From NCBI GenBank assembly GCA_964016885.1, contig OZ024741.1:406720001-406784000 (forward strand): DNA of 64,000 bases, given 5' to 3'. How positions within the stretch are numbered: position 1 is the stretch's first letter; each line of letters begins with the position of its first letter. The notes under the pieces were generated by a model. The model worked only from the letters and a program-made list of their open reading frames with translations. It was not told the DNA's origin and did not search any database. The position numbers and the translations under genes are program-made. This DNA is from Eledone cirrhosa (taxonomy: Eukaryota). Positions 1 to 15,000 of this stretch are shown here, piece after piece.

Positions 1-3000
1 CAGATAGAATGACAGAGTGGTTAGAACGTCAGATAGAATGGTAGAGCGGTTAGAACGTCAGATAGAATGGCAGAGTGGTTAGAACGTCAAATAGAATGGT
101 AGAGTGGTTAGAACGCCAGATAGAATGATAGAGTCGTTAGAATGTCAGGTAGAATGGTAGAGTCATTAGAACGTCAAATAGAATGGTAGAGTGGTTAGAA
201 CGTCATATAGAATGGTAGAGTTGTTAGAACGTCAGATAGAATGGTAGAGTGGTTAGAACGTCAGATAGAATGGTAGAGTCGTTAGAAAGTCAGATAGAAT
301 GGTAGAGTTGTTAGAACGTCAGTTAGAATGACAGATTGGTTAGAACGTCAAATAGAATGGTAGAGTGGTTAGAACGTCTGATAGAATGGTATAGTGGCTA
401 GAACGGAAGATAGAATGGTATAGTCGTTAGAACCTTTGATAGAATGGTAGAGTGGTTAGAACGTCAGATAGAATGATAGAGTGGTTAGAACGTCAGATAG
501 AATGGTAGACTGGTTAGAACGGCAGATAGAATTGGAAGAGTCGTTAAAACGTCTGATAGAATGGTAGAGTGGTTAGAACATCAGATAGAATTGGTAGAGT
601 TCTTATAACATCAGATAGAATTGGTAGAGTTGTTAGAACGTCAGATAGATTGCTAGAGTCGTTAGAACCTCAGATAGAATGGTAGAGATGTTAGAACGTC
701 TGATAGTATGGTAGAGTTGTTAGACGTCAGATAGAATGGTAGAATGGTTAGAACGTCAGATAGAATGATAGAGTGGTAAAGAACGTCAGCTAGAATGGTA
801 GAGTGGTTAAAACGTCAGATACAATGGTAGAGTGGTTAGAACGTCAGATAGAATGACAGAGTGGTTAGAACGTCAGATATAATGGTAGACATGTTAGAAC
901 GTCTGATAGTATGGTAGAGTTGTTAGACGTCAGATAGAATGGTAGAGTGGTTAGAACGTCAGATAGAATGGTAGAGTGGTTAGAACGTCAGCTAGAATGG
1001 TAGAGAGGTTAGAAAGTCAGATAGAATAGTAGAGTGGGTAGAACGTCAGATAGAATGGTATAGTGGCTAGAACGTCAGATAAAATAGTAGTGTGTTTAGA
1101 ACGTCAGATAGAATTGTAAAGTGGTTAGAACGTCAGATAGAATTGGTAGAGGGGTTAAAACGTCAGATAGAATGACAGAGCCGTTAGAACGTCAAATAGA
1201 ATGGTAGAGTGGTTAGAACGTCAGATAGAATGGTAGAGATGTTAGAACGTCTGATAGTATGGTAGAGTTGTTAGACGTCAGATAGAATGGTAGAATGGTT
1301 AGAACGTCAGATAGAATGATAGAGTGGTAAAGAACGTCAGCTAGAATGGTAGAGTGGTTAGAACGTCAGATACAATGGTAGAGTGGTTAGAACGTCAGAT
1401 AGAATGGTAGACATGTTAGAACGTCTGATAGTATGGTAGAGTTGTTAGACGTCAGATAGAATGGTAGAGTGGTTAGAACGTCAGATAGAATGGTAGAGAT
1501 GTTAGAACGTCAGCTAGAATGGTAGAGTGGTTAGAAAGTCAGATAGAATAGTAGAGTGGGTAGAACGTCAGATAGAATGGTATAGTGGCTAGAACGTCAG
1601 ATAAAATAGTAGTGTGGTTAGAACGTCAGATAGAATTGTAAAGTGGTTAGAACGTCAGATAGAATTGGTAGAGGGGTTAAAACGTCAGATAGAATGACAG
1701 AGTGGTTAGAACGTCAGATAGAATGGTAGAGTGGTTAGAACGTCAGATAGAATGGCAGAGTGGTTAGAACGTCAAATAGAATGGTAGAGTGGTTAGAACG
1801 TGAGATAGAATGATAGAGTCGTTAGAATGTCAGGTAGAATGGTAGAGTGGTTAGAACATCAGATAGAATGGTAGAGTGGTTAGAACGTCATATAGAATGG
1901 TAGAGTGGCTAGAACGTCAGATAGAATGGTACAGTGGTTAGAACGTCATATGGAATGGTAGAGTGGTTAGAACGTCATATAGAATGGTAGAGTAGTTAGA
2001 ACGTCAGATAGAATGGTAGAGTGGTTAGAACGTCAGATAGAATGGCTAGAACGTCAGATACAATGGCAGAGTGGTTAGAATGTCAGATAGAATGGTAGAG
2101 TGGTTAGAACGTCAGATAGAATGGCTGAGTGGTTAGAACGTCAGATAGAATGGTAGAGTGGTTAGAACGTCAGATAGAATGGCAGAGTGGTTAGAACGTC
2201 AAATAGAATGGTAGAGTGGTTAGAACGTGAGATAGAATGATAGAGTCGTTAGAACGTCTGATAGAATGATAGAGATGTTAAAACGTCTAATAGAATGGTA
2301 GTGTCATTAGAACGTCAGATAGAATGGTAGAGTGGTTAGAAGGTCAGATAGAATGGTAGAGTAGTTAGAACGTCAGATAGAATAGAAGAGTGGTTAGAAA
2401 GTGAGATAGAATGGTAGAGTAGTTAGAACGTCAGATAGAATGGTAGAGTGGTTAGAACGTCAGATAGAATGACAGAGTGGTTAGAACGTCAGATAGAATG
2501 GTAGAGTGGTTAGAACGTCAGATAGAATGGCAGAGTGGTTAGAACGTCAAATAGAATGGTAGAGTGGTTAGAACGCCAGATAGAATGATAGAGTCGTTAG
2601 AATGTCAGGTAGAATGGTAGAGTCATTAGAACGTCAAATAGAATGGTAGAGTGGTTAGAACGTCAGATAGAATGGTAGAGTGGTTAGAACGTCATATAGA
2701 ATGGTAGAGTGGCTAGAACGTCAGATAGAATGGTAGAGTGGTTAGAACGTCATATAGAATGGTAGAGTGGTTAGAACGTCAGATAGAATGGTAGAGTCGT
2801 TAGAAAGTCAGATAGAATGGTAGAGTTGTTAGAACGTCAGTTAGAATGACAGATTGGTTAGAACGTCAAATAGAATGGTAGAGTTGTTAGAACGTCTGAT
2901 AGAATGGTATAGTGGCTAGAACGGAAGATAGAATGGTATAGTCGTTAGAACCTCTGATAGAATGGTAGAGTGGTTAGAACGTCAGATAGAATGGTAAACT

Positions 3001-6000
3001 GGTTAGAACGGCAGATAGAATTGGAAGAGTCGTTAAAACGTCTGATAGAATGGTAGAGTTCTTATAACATCAGATAGAATTGGTAGAGTTGTTAGAACGT
3101 CAGATAGATTGCTAGAGTCGTTAGAACCTCAGATAGAATGGTAGAGATGTTAGAACGTCTGATAGTATGGTAGAGTTATTAGACGTCAGATAGAATGGTA
3201 GAATGGTTAGAACGTCAGATAGAATGATAGAGTGGTAAAGAACGTCAGCTAGAATGGTAGAGTGGTTAGAACGTCAGATACAATGGTAGAGTGGTTAGAA
3301 CGTCAGATAGAATGACAGAGTGGTTAGAACGTCAGATATAATGGTAGACATGTAAGAACGTCTGATAGTATGGTAGAGTTGTTAGACGTCAGATAGAATG
3401 GTAGAGTGGTTAGAACGTCAGATAGAATGGTAGAGTGGTTAGAACGTCAGCTAGAATGGTAGAGAGGTTAGAAAGTCAGATAGAATAGTAGAGTGGGTAG
3501 AACGTCAGATAGAATGGTATAGTGGCTAGAACGTCAGATAAAATAGTAGTGTGTTTAGAACGTCAGATAGAATTGCAAAGTGGTTAGAACGTCAGATAGA
3601 ATTGGTAGAGGGGTTAAAACGTCAGATAGAATGACAGAGCCGTTAGAACGTCAAATAGAATGGTAGAGTGGTTAGAACGTCACATAGAATGGTTGAGTTG
3701 TTAGAACGTCAGATAGAATGACAGGGTGGTTAGAACGTCAGATATAATGGTAGACATGTTAGAACGTCTGATAGTATGGTAGAGTTGTTAGACGTCAGAT
3801 AGAATGGTAGAGTGGTTAGAACGTCAGATAGAATGGTAGAGATGTTAGAACGTCAGCTAGAATGGTAGAGTGGTTAGAAAGTCAGATAGAATAGTAGAGT
3901 GGGTAGAACGTCAGATAGAATGGTATAGTGGCTAGAACGTCAGATAAAATAGTAGTGTGGTTAGAACGTCAGATAGAATTGTAAAGTGGTTAGAACGTCA
4001 GATAGAATTGGTAGAGGGGTTAAAACGTCAGATAGAATGACAGAGTGGTTAGAACGTCAGATAGAATGGTAGAGTGGTTAGAACGTCAGATAGAATGGCA
4101 GAGTGGTTAGAACGTCAAATAGAATGGTAGAGTGGTTAGAACGTGAGATAGAATGATAGAGTCGTTAGAATGTCAGGTAGAATGGTAGAGTGGTTAGAAC
4201 GTCAGATAGAATGGTAGAGTGGTTAGAACGTCATATAGAATGGTAGAGTGGCTAGAACGTCAGATAGAATGGTACAGTGGTTAGAACGTCATATGGAATG
4301 GTAGAGTGGTTAGAACGTCATATAGAATGGTAGAGTAGTTAGAACGTCAGATAGAATGGTAGAGTGGTTAGAACGTCAGATAGAATGGCTAGAACGTCAG
4401 ATACAATGGCAGAGTGGTTAGAATGTCAGATAGAATGGTAGAGTGGTTAGAACGTCAGATAGAATGGCTGAGTGGTTAGAACGTCAGATAGAATGGTAGA
4501 GTGGTTAGAACGTCAGATAGAATGGCAGAGTGGTTAGAACGTCAAATAGAATGGTAGAGTGGTTAGAACGTGAGATAGAATGATAGAGTCGTTAGAACGT
4601 CTGATAGAATGATAGAGATGTTAAAACGTCTAATAGAATGGTAGTGTCATTAGAACGTTAGATAGAATGGTAGAGTGGTTAGAAGGTCAGATAGAATGGT
4701 AGAGTAGTTAGAACGTCAGATAGAATAGAAGAGTGGTTAGAAAGTGAGATAGAATGGTAGAGTAGTTAGAACGTCAGATAGAATGGTAGAGTGGTTAGAA
4801 CGTCAGATAGAATGACAGAGTGGTTAGAACGTCAGATAGAATGGTAGAGCGGTTAGAACGTCAGATAGAATGGCAGAGTGGTTAGAACGTCAAATAGAAT
4901 GGTAGAGTGGTTAGAACGCCAGATAGAATGATAGAGTCGTTAGAATGTCAGGTAGAATGGTAGAGTCATTAGAACGTCAAATAGAATGGTAGAGTGGTTA
5001 GAACGTCATATAGAATGGTAGAGTTGTTAGAACGTCAGATAGAATGGTAGAGTGGTTAGAACGTCAGATAGAATGGTAGAGTCGTTAGAAAGTCAGATAG
5101 AATGGTAGAGTTGTTAGAACGTCAGTTAGAATGACAGATTGGTTAGAACGTCAAATAGAATGGTAGAGTGGTTAGAACGTCTGATAGAATGGTATAGTGG
5201 CTAGAACGGAAGATAGAATGGTATAGTCGTTAGAACCTTTGATAGAATGGTAGAGTGGTTAGAACGTCAGATAGAATGATAGAGTGGTTAGAACGTCAGA
5301 TAGAATGGTAGACTGGTTAGAACGGCAGATAGAATTGGAAGAGTCGTTAAAACGTCTGATAGAATGGTAGAGTGGTTAGAACATCAGATAGAATTGGTAG
5401 AGTTCTTATAACATCAGATAGAATTGGTAGAGTTGTTAGAACGTCAGATAGATTGCTAGAGTCGTTAGAACCTCAGATAGAATGGTAGAGATGTTAGAAC
5501 GTCTGATAGTATGGTAGAGTTGTTAGACGTCAGATAGAATGGTAGAATGGTTAGAACGTCAGATAGAATGATAGAGTGGTAAAGAACGTCAGCTAGAATG
5601 GTAGAGTGGTTAAAACGTCAGATACAATGGTAGAGTGGTTAGAACGTCAGATAGAATGACAGAGTGGTTAGAACGTCAGATATAATGGTAGACATGTTAG
5701 AACGTCTGATAGTATGGTAGAGTTGTTAGACGTCAGATAGAATGGTAGAGTGGTTAGAACGTCAGATAGAATGGTAGAGTGGTTAGAACGTCAGCTAGAA
5801 TGGTAGAGAGGTTAGAAAGTCAGATAGAATAGTAGAGTGGGTAGAACGTCAGATAGAATGGTATAGTGGCTAGAACGTCAGATAAAATAGTAGTGTGTTT
5901 AGAACGTCAGATAGAATTGTAAAGTGGTTAGAACGTCAGATAGAATTGGTAGAGGGGTTAAAACGTCAGATAGAATGACAGAGCCGTTAGAACGTCAAAT

Positions 6001-9000
6001 AGAATGGTAGAGTGGTTAGAACGTCAGATAGAATGGTAGAGATGTTAGAACGTCTGATAGTATGGTAGAGTTGTTAGACGTCAGATAGAATGGTAGAATG
6101 GTTAGAACGTCAGATAGAATGATAGAGTGGTAAAGAACGTCAGCTAGAATGGTAGAGTGGTTAGAACGTCAGATACAATGGTAGAGTGGTTAGAACGTCA
6201 GATAGAATGGTAGACATGTTAGAACGTCTGATAGTATGGTAGAGTTGTTAGACGTCAGATAGAATGGTAGAGTGGTTAGAACGTCAGATAGAATGGTAGA
6301 GATGTTAGAACGTCAGCTAGAATGGTAGAGTGGTTAGAAAGTCAGATAGAATAGTAGAGTGGGTAGAACGTCAGATAGAATGGTATAGTGGCTAGAACGT
6401 CAGATAAAATAGTAGTGTGGTTAGAACGTCAGATAGAATTGTAAAGTGGTTAGAACGTCAGATAGAATTGGTAGAGGGGTTAAAACGTCAGATAGAATGA
6501 CAGAGTGGTTAGAACGTCAGATAGAATGGTAGAGTGGTTAGAACGTCAGATAGAATGGCAGAGTGGTTAGAACGTCAAATAGAATGGTAGAGTGGTTAGA
6601 ACGTGAGATAGAATGATAGAGTCGTTAGAATGTCAGGTAGAATGGTAGAGTGGTTAGAACATCAGATAGAATGGTAGAGTGGTTAGAACGTCATATAGAA
6701 TGGTAGAGTGGCTAGAACGTCAGATAGAATGGTACAGTGGTTAGAACGTCATATGGAATGGTAGAGTGGTTAGAACGTCATATAGAATGGTAGAGTAGTT
6801 AGAACGTCAGATAGAATGGTAGAGTGGTTAGAACGTCAGATAGAATGGCTAGAACGTCAGATACAATGGCAGAGTGGTTAGAATGTCAGATAGAATGGTA
6901 GAGTGGTTAGAACGTCAGATAGAATGGCTGAGTGGTTAGAACGTCAGATAGAATGGTAGAGTGGTTAGAACGTCAGATAGAATGGCAGAGTGGTTAGAAC
7001 GTCAAATAGAATGGTAGAGTGGTTAGAACGTGAGATAGAATGATAGAGTCGTTAGAACGTCTGATAGAATGATAGAGATGTTAAAACGTCTAATAGAATG
7101 GTAGTGTCATTAGAACGTCAGATAGAATGGTAGAGTGGTTAGAAGGTCAGATAGAATGGTAGAGTAGTTAGAACGTCAGATAGAATAGAAGAGTGGTTAG
7201 AAAGTGAGATAGAATGGTAGAGTAGTTAGAACGTCAGATAGAATGGTAGAGTGGTTAGAACGTCAGATAGAATGACAGAGTGGTTAGAACGTCAGATAGA
7301 ATGGTAGAGTGGTTAGAACGTCAGATAGAATGGCAGAGTGGTTAGAACGTCAAATAGAATGGTAGAGTGGTTAGAACGCCAGATAGAATGATAGAGTCGT
7401 TAGAATGTCAGGTAGAATGGTAGAGTCATTAGAACGTCAAATAGAATGGTAGAGTGGTTAGAACGTCAGATAGAATGGTAGAGTGGTTAGAACGTCATAT
7501 AGAATGGTAGAGTGGCTAGAACGTCAGATAGAATGGTAGAGTGGTTAGAACGTCATATAGAATGGTAGAGTGGTTAGAACGTCAGATAGAATGGTAGAGT
7601 CGTTAGAAAGTCAGATAGAATGGTAGAGTTGTTAGAACGTCAGTTAGAATGACAGATTGGTTAGAACGTCAAATAGAATGGTAGAGTTGTTAGAACGTCT
7701 GATAGAATGGTATAGTGGCTAGAACGGAAGATAGAATGGTATAGTCGTTAGAACCTCTGATAGAATGGTAGAGTGGTTAGAACGTCAGATAGAATGGTAA
7801 ACTGGTTAGAACGGCAGATAGAATTGGAAGAGTCGTTAAAACGTCTGATAGAATGGTAGAGTTCTTATAACATCAGATAGAATTGGTAGAGTTGTTAGAA
7901 CGTCAGATAGATTGCTAGAGTCGTTAGAACCTCAGATAGAATGGTAGAGATGTTAGAACGTCTGATAGTATGGTAGAGTTATTAGACGTCAGATAGAATG
8001 GTAGAATGGTTAGAACGTCAGATAGAATGATAGAGTGGTAAAGAACGTCAGCTAGAATGGTAGAGTGGTTAGAACGTCAGATACAATGGTAGAGTGGTTA
8101 GAACGTCAGATAGAATGACAGAGTGGTTAGAACGTCAGATATAATGGTAGACATGTAAGAACGTCTGATAGTATGGTAGAGTTGTTAGACGTCAGATAGA
8201 ATGGTAGAGTGGTTAGAACGTCAGATAGAATGGTAGAGTGGTTAGAACGTCAGCTAGAATGGTAGAGAGGTTAGAAAGTCAGATAGAATAGTAGAGTGGG
8301 TAGAACGTCAGATAGAATGGTATAGTGGCTAGAACGTCAGATAAAATAGTAGTGTGTTTAGAACGTCAGATAGAATTGCAAAGTGGTTAGAACGTCAGAT
8401 AGAATTGGTAGAGGGGTTAAAACGTCAGATAGAATGACAGAGCCGTTAGAACGTCAAATAGAATGGTAGAGTGGTTAGAACGTCACATAGAATGGTTGAG
8501 TTGTTAGAACGTCAGATAGAATGACAGGGTGGTTAGAACGTCAGATATAATGGTAGACATGTTAGAACGTCTGATAGTATGGTAGAGTTGTTAGACGTCA
8601 GATAGAATGGTAGAGTGGTTAGAACGTCAGATAGAATGGTAGAGATGTTAGAACGTCAGCTAGAATGGTAGAGTGGTTAGAAAGTCAGATAGAATAGTAG
8701 AGTGGGTAGAACGTCAGATAGAATGGTATAGTGGCTAGAACGTCAGATAAAATAGTAGTGTGGTTAGAACGTCAGATAGAATTGTAAAGTGGTTAGAACG
8801 TCAGATAGAATTGGTAGAGGGGTTAAAACGTCAGATAGAATGACAGAGTGGTTAGAACGTCAGATAGAATGGTAGAGTGGTTAGAACGTCAGATAGAATG
8901 GCAGAGTGGTTAGAACGTCAAATAGAATGGTAGAGTGGTTAGAACGTGAGATAGAATGATAGAGTCGTTAGAATGTCAGGTAGAATGGTAGAGTGGTTAG

Positions 9001-12000
9001 AACGTCAGATAGAATGGTAGAGTGGTTAGAACGTCATATAGAATGGTAGAGTGGCTAGAACGTCAGATAGAATGGTACAGTGGTTAGAACGTCATATGGA
9101 ATGGTAGAGTGGTTAGAACGTCATATAGAATGGTAGAGTAGTTAGAACGTCAGATAGAATGGTAGAGTGGTTAGAACGTCAGATAGAATGGCTAGAACGT
9201 CAGATACAATGGCAGAGTGGTTAGAATGTCAGATAGAATGGTAGAGTGGTTAGAACGTCAGATAGAATGGCTGAGTGGTTAGAACGTCAGATAGAATGGT
9301 AGAGTGGTTAGAACGTCAGATAGAATGGCAGAGTGGTTAGAACGTCAAATAGAATGGTAGAGTGGTTAGAACGTGAGATAGAATGATAGAGTCGTTAGAA
9401 CGTCTGATAGAATGATAGAGATGTTAAAACGTCTAATAGAATGGTAGTGTCATTAGAACGTTAGATAGAATGGTAGAGTGGTTAGAAGGTCAGATAGAAT
9501 GGTAGAGTAGTTAGAACGTCAGATAGAATAGAAGAGTGGTTAGAAAGTGAGATAGAATGGTAGAGTAGTTAGAACGTCAGATAGAATGGTAGAGTGGTTA
9601 GAACGTCAGATAGAATGACAGAGTGGTTAGAACGTCAGATAGAATGGTAGAGTGGTTAGAACGTCAGATAGAATGGCAGAGTGGTTAGAACGTCAAATAG
9701 AATGGTAGAGTGGTTAGAACGCCAGATAGAATGATAGAGTCGTTAGAATGTCAGGTAGAATGGTAGAGTCATTAGAACGTCAAATAGAATGGTAGAGTGG
9801 TTAGAACGTCAGATAGAATGGTAGAGTGGTTAGAACGTCATATAGAATGGTAGAGTGGCTAGAACGTCAGATAGAATGGTAGAGTGGTTAGAACGTCATA
9901 TAGAATGGTAGAGTGGTTAGAACGTCAGATAGAATGGTAGAGTCGTTAGAAAGTCAGATAGAATGGTAGAGTTGTTAGAACGTCAGTTAGAATGACAGAT
10001 TGGTTAGAACGTCAAATAGAATGGTAGAGTGGTTACAACGTCTGATAGAATGGTATAGTGGCTAGAACGGAAGATAGAATGGTATAGTCGTTAGAACCTC
10101 TGATAGAATGGTAGAGTGGTTAGAACGTCAGATAGAATGATAGAGTGGTTAGAACGTCAGATAGAATGGTAGACTGGTTAGAACGGCAGATAGAATTGGA
10201 AGAGTCGTTAAAACGTCTGATAGAATGGTAGAGTGGTTAGAACATCAGATAGAATTGGTAGAGTTCTTATAACATCAGATAGAATTGGTAGAGTTGTTAG
10301 AACGTCAGATAGATTGCTAGAGTCGTTAGAACCTCAGATAGAATGGTAGAGATGTTAGAACGTCTGATAGTATGGTAGAGTTATTAGACGTCAGATAGAA
10401 TGGTAGAATGGTTAGAACGTCAGATAGAATGATAGAGTGGTAAAGAACGTCAGCTAGAATGGTAGAGTGGTTAGAACGTCAGATACAATGGTAGAGTGGT
10501 TAGAACGTCAGATAGAATGACAGAGTGGTTAGAACGTCAGATATAATGGTAGACATGTAAGAACGTCTGATAGTATGGTAGAGTTGTTAGACGTCAGATA
10601 GAATGGTAGAGTGGTTAGAACGTCAGATAGAATGGTAGAGTGGTTAGAACGTCAGCTAGAATGGTAGAGAGGTTAGAAAGTCAGATAGAATAGTAGAGTG
10701 GGTAGAACGTCAGATAGAATGGTATAGTGGCTAGAACGTCAGATAAAATAGTAGTGTGTTTAGAACGTCAGATAGAATTGTAAAGTGGTTAGAACGTCAG
10801 ATAGAATTGGTAGAGGGGTTAAAACGTCAGATAGAATGACAGAGCCGTTAGAACGTCAAATAGAATGGTAGAGTGGTTAGAACGTCAGATAGAATGGTTG
10901 AGTTGTTAGAACGTCAGATAGAAAGACAGAGTGGTTAGAACGTTAGATAGAATGGTAGGTTGGTTAAAACGTCTGATAGAATGGTAGAGTGGCTCGAACA
11001 TAGGATAGAATGGTAGAGATGTTAGAACGTCTGATAGAATGGTAGAGATGTTATAACGTCTGATAGTATGGTAGAGCTGTTAGAAGTCAGATAGAATGGT
11101 AGAGTCGTTAGAACGTCTGATAGAATGGTAGAGTGGTTAGGACGTCAGATAGAATGGTAGAGTGGGTAGAACGTAAACTAGAATGGTAGTGTCGTTAGAA
11201 CGTCAAATAGAATGGTAGAGCGGTTAGAACATCAGATAGAATGGTAAAGTGGTTAGAACGTTAGATAGAATAGTAGTGTGGTTAGAACGTCAGATAGAAT
11301 GGTAGAGTTGTTAGAACGTCAGATAGAGTGGTAGAGTGGTTAGAACGTCAGATAGAATGGTAGAGTAGTTAGAACGTCAGATAGAATGACAGAGTAGTTA
11401 GAACGTCAGATAGAATGACAGAGTGCTTAGAACGTCAGATAGAATGACAGAGTGGTTAGAACTTCTGATAGAATGGTAGAGTGGTTAGAACGTCTGATAC
11501 AATGGTATAGTGTCTAGAACGTAAGATAGAATGGTAGTGTCGTTAGAACGTCAAATAGAATGGTAGAGTGGTTAGAACGTCAGATAGAATGGCAGAGTTT
11601 TTAGAACGTCAAATAGAATGGTAGAGTGGTTAGAACATGAGATAGAATGATAGAGTCGTTAGAATGTCAGGTAGAATGGTAGAGTGGTTAGAACGTCAGA
11701 TAGAATGGTAGAGTGGTTAGAACGTCATATAGAATGGTAGAGTGGTTAGAACGTCAGATAGAATGGTACAGTGGTTAGAACGTCATATGGAATGGTAGAG
11801 TGGTTAGAACGTCATATAGAATGGTAGAGTAGTTAGAACGTCAGATAGAATGGTAGAGTGGTTAGAACGTCAGATAGAATGGCTAGAACGTCAGATACAA
11901 TGGCAGAGTGGTTAGAATGTCAGATAGAATGGTAGAGTGGTTAGAACGTCAGATAGAATGGCTGAGTGGTTAGAACGTCAGATAGAATGGTAGAGTGGTT

Positions 12001-15000
12001 AGAACGTCAGATAGAATGGCAGAGTGGTTAGAACGTCAAATAGAATGGTAGAGTGGTTAGAACGTGAGATAGAATGATAGAGTCGTTAGAACGTCTGATA
12101 GAATGATAGAGATGTTAAAACGTCTAATAGAATGGTAGTGTCATTAGAACGTCAGATAGAATGGTAGAGTGGTTAGAAGGTCAGATAGAATGGTAGAGTA
12201 GTTAGAACGTCAGATAGAATAGAAGAGTGGTTAGAAAGTGAGATAGAATGGTAGAGTAGTTAGAACGTCAGATAGAATGGTAGAGTGGTTAGAACGTCAG
12301 ATAGAATGACAGAGTGGTTAGAACGTCAGATAGAATGGTAGAGCGGTTAGAACGTCAGATAGAATGGCAGAGTGGTTAGAACGTCAAATAGAATGGTAGA
12401 GTGGTTAGAACGCCAGATAGAATGATAGAGTCGTTAGAATGTCAGGTAGAATGGTAGAGTCATTAGAACGTCAAATAGAATGGTAGAGTGGTTAGAACGT
12501 CATATAGAATGGTAGAGTTGTTAGAACGTCAGATAGAATGGTAGAGTGGTTAGAACGTCAGATAGAATGGTAGAGTCGTTAGAAAGTCAGATAGAATGGT
12601 AGAGTTGTTAGAACGTCAGTTAGAATGACAGATTGGTTAGAACGTCAAATAGAATGGTAGAGTGGTTAGAACGTCTGATAGAATGGTATAGTGGCTAGAA
12701 CGGAAGATAGAATGGTATAGTCGTTAGAACCTTTGATAGAATGGTAGAGTGGTTAGAACGTCAGATAGAATGATAGAGTGGTTAGAACGTCAGATAGAAT
12801 GGTAGACTGGTTAGAACGGCAGATAGAATTGGAAGAGTCGTTAAAACGTCTGATAGAATGGTAGAGTGGTTAGAACATCAGATAGAATTGGTAGAGTTCT
12901 TATAACATCAGATAGAATTGGTAGAGTTGTTAGAACGTCAGATAGATTGCTAGAGTCGTTAGAACCTCAGATAGAATGGTAGAGATGTTAGAACGTCTGA
13001 TAGTATGGTAGAGTTGTTAGACGTCAGATAGAATGGTAGAATGGTTAGAACGTCAGATAGAATGATAGAGTGGTAAAGAACGTCAGCTAGAATGGTAGAG
13101 TGGTTAGAACGTCAGATACAATGGTAGAGTGGTTAGAACGTCAGATAGAATGGTAGAGTGGTTAGAATGTCTGATAGAATGGTGTAGTGGCTAGAACGTA
13201 AGATAGAATGACAGAGTAGTTAGAACGTCAGATAGAATGACAGAGTGCTTAGAACGTCAGATAGAATGACAGAGTGGTTAGAACGCCTGATAGTATGGTA
13301 GAGTTGTTAGACGTCAGATAGAATGGTAGAGTCGTTAGAACGTCAGATAGAATGACAGAGTCGTTAGAACGTCAAATAGAATTGTAAAGTGGTTAGAACG
13401 TCAGATAGAATGGTAGAGTGGTTAGAACGTCAGATAGAATGGTAGAGTAGTTAGAACGTCAGATAGAATGACAGAGTGGTTAGAACTTCTGATAGAATGG
13501 TAGAGTGGTTAGAACGTCTGATACAATGGTATAGTGTCTAGAACGTAAGATAGAATGGTAGTGTCGTTAGAACGTCAAATAGAATGGTAGAGTGGCTAGA
13601 ACATCAGATAGAATTGGTAGAGTAGTTAGAACGTCAGATAGAACGGTAGAGTCGTTAGAACGTCAGATAGAATGGAAGAGTGGTTAGAACGTCTGATAGA
13701 ATGGTAGTGTAGTTAGAATGTCAGATAGAATGGTAGAGTAGTTAGAACGTCTGATAGAATGGTAGAGATGTTAGAACGTCTGATAGTATGGTAGAGTTGT
13801 TAGACGTCAGATAGAATGGTAGAGTGGTTAGAACGTCAGATAGAATGACAGAGTCGTTAGAACGTCAAATAGAATTGTAAAGTGGTTAGAACGTCAGATA
13901 GAATGGTAGAGTGGTTAGAACGTCAGATAGAATGGTAGAGTTGTTAGAACGTCAGATAGAATGGTAGAGTTGTTAGAACGTCAGAAGAATGGTAGAGTGG
14001 TTAGAACGTCAGATAGAATGACAGAGTGGTTAGAACGTCAGATAGAATGACAGAGTGGTTAGAACGTCAGATAGAATGACAGATTGGTTAGAACGTCAAA
14101 TAGAATGACAGAGTGGTTAGAACATTAGATAGAATGGTAGAGTGGTTAGAATGTCTGATAGAATGGTGTAGTGGCTAGAACGTAAGATAGAATGGTAGTG
14201 TCGTTAGAACGTCAAATAGAATGGTAGAGTGGTTAAAACGTCAGATAGAATGGTAGAGTGGTTAGAACGTCAGATAGAATGATAGAGTGGTTAGAACGTC
14301 AGATAGAATGGTAGACTGGTTAGAACGGCAGAGAGAATTGGATGAGTTGTTAAAACGTCTGATAGAATGGTAGAGTGGTTACAACATCAGATAGAATTGG
14401 TAGAGTTGTGAGAACGTCAGATAGATTGCTAGAGTCCGTTAGAACGTCTGATAGAATGGTGGAGATGTTAGAACGTCTGATAGAATGGTAGAGATGTTAG
14501 AACGTCTGATAATATGGTAGAGTTTTTAACGTCAGATAGAATGGTAGAATGGTTAGAACGTCAGATAGAATGATAGAGTGGTAAAGAACGTCAGCTAGAA
14601 TGGTAGAGTGGTTAGAACGTCAGATACAATGGTAGAGTGGTTAGAACGTCAGATAGAATGGTAGAGTAGTTAGAACGTCAGATAGAATGGTAGAGTGGGT
14701 AGAACGTCAGATAGAATGACAGAGTGGTTAGAACGTCAGATATAATGACAGAGTGGTTAGAACGTCAGATATAATGGTAGATTGGTTAGAACGTCTGATA
14801 TAATGGTAGAGTAGCTCGAACGTAAGATAGAATGGTAGAGTCGTTAGAACGTCTGATAGAATGGTAGCGTCGTTAGAACGTCAGATAGATTGGTAGAGTG
14901 GGTAGAACGTCAGATAGAATGGTATAGTGGCTAAAACGTCAGATACAATGGTAGTGTCGTTAGAACGTCAAATAAAATGGTAGAGTGGTTAGAACCTCAG

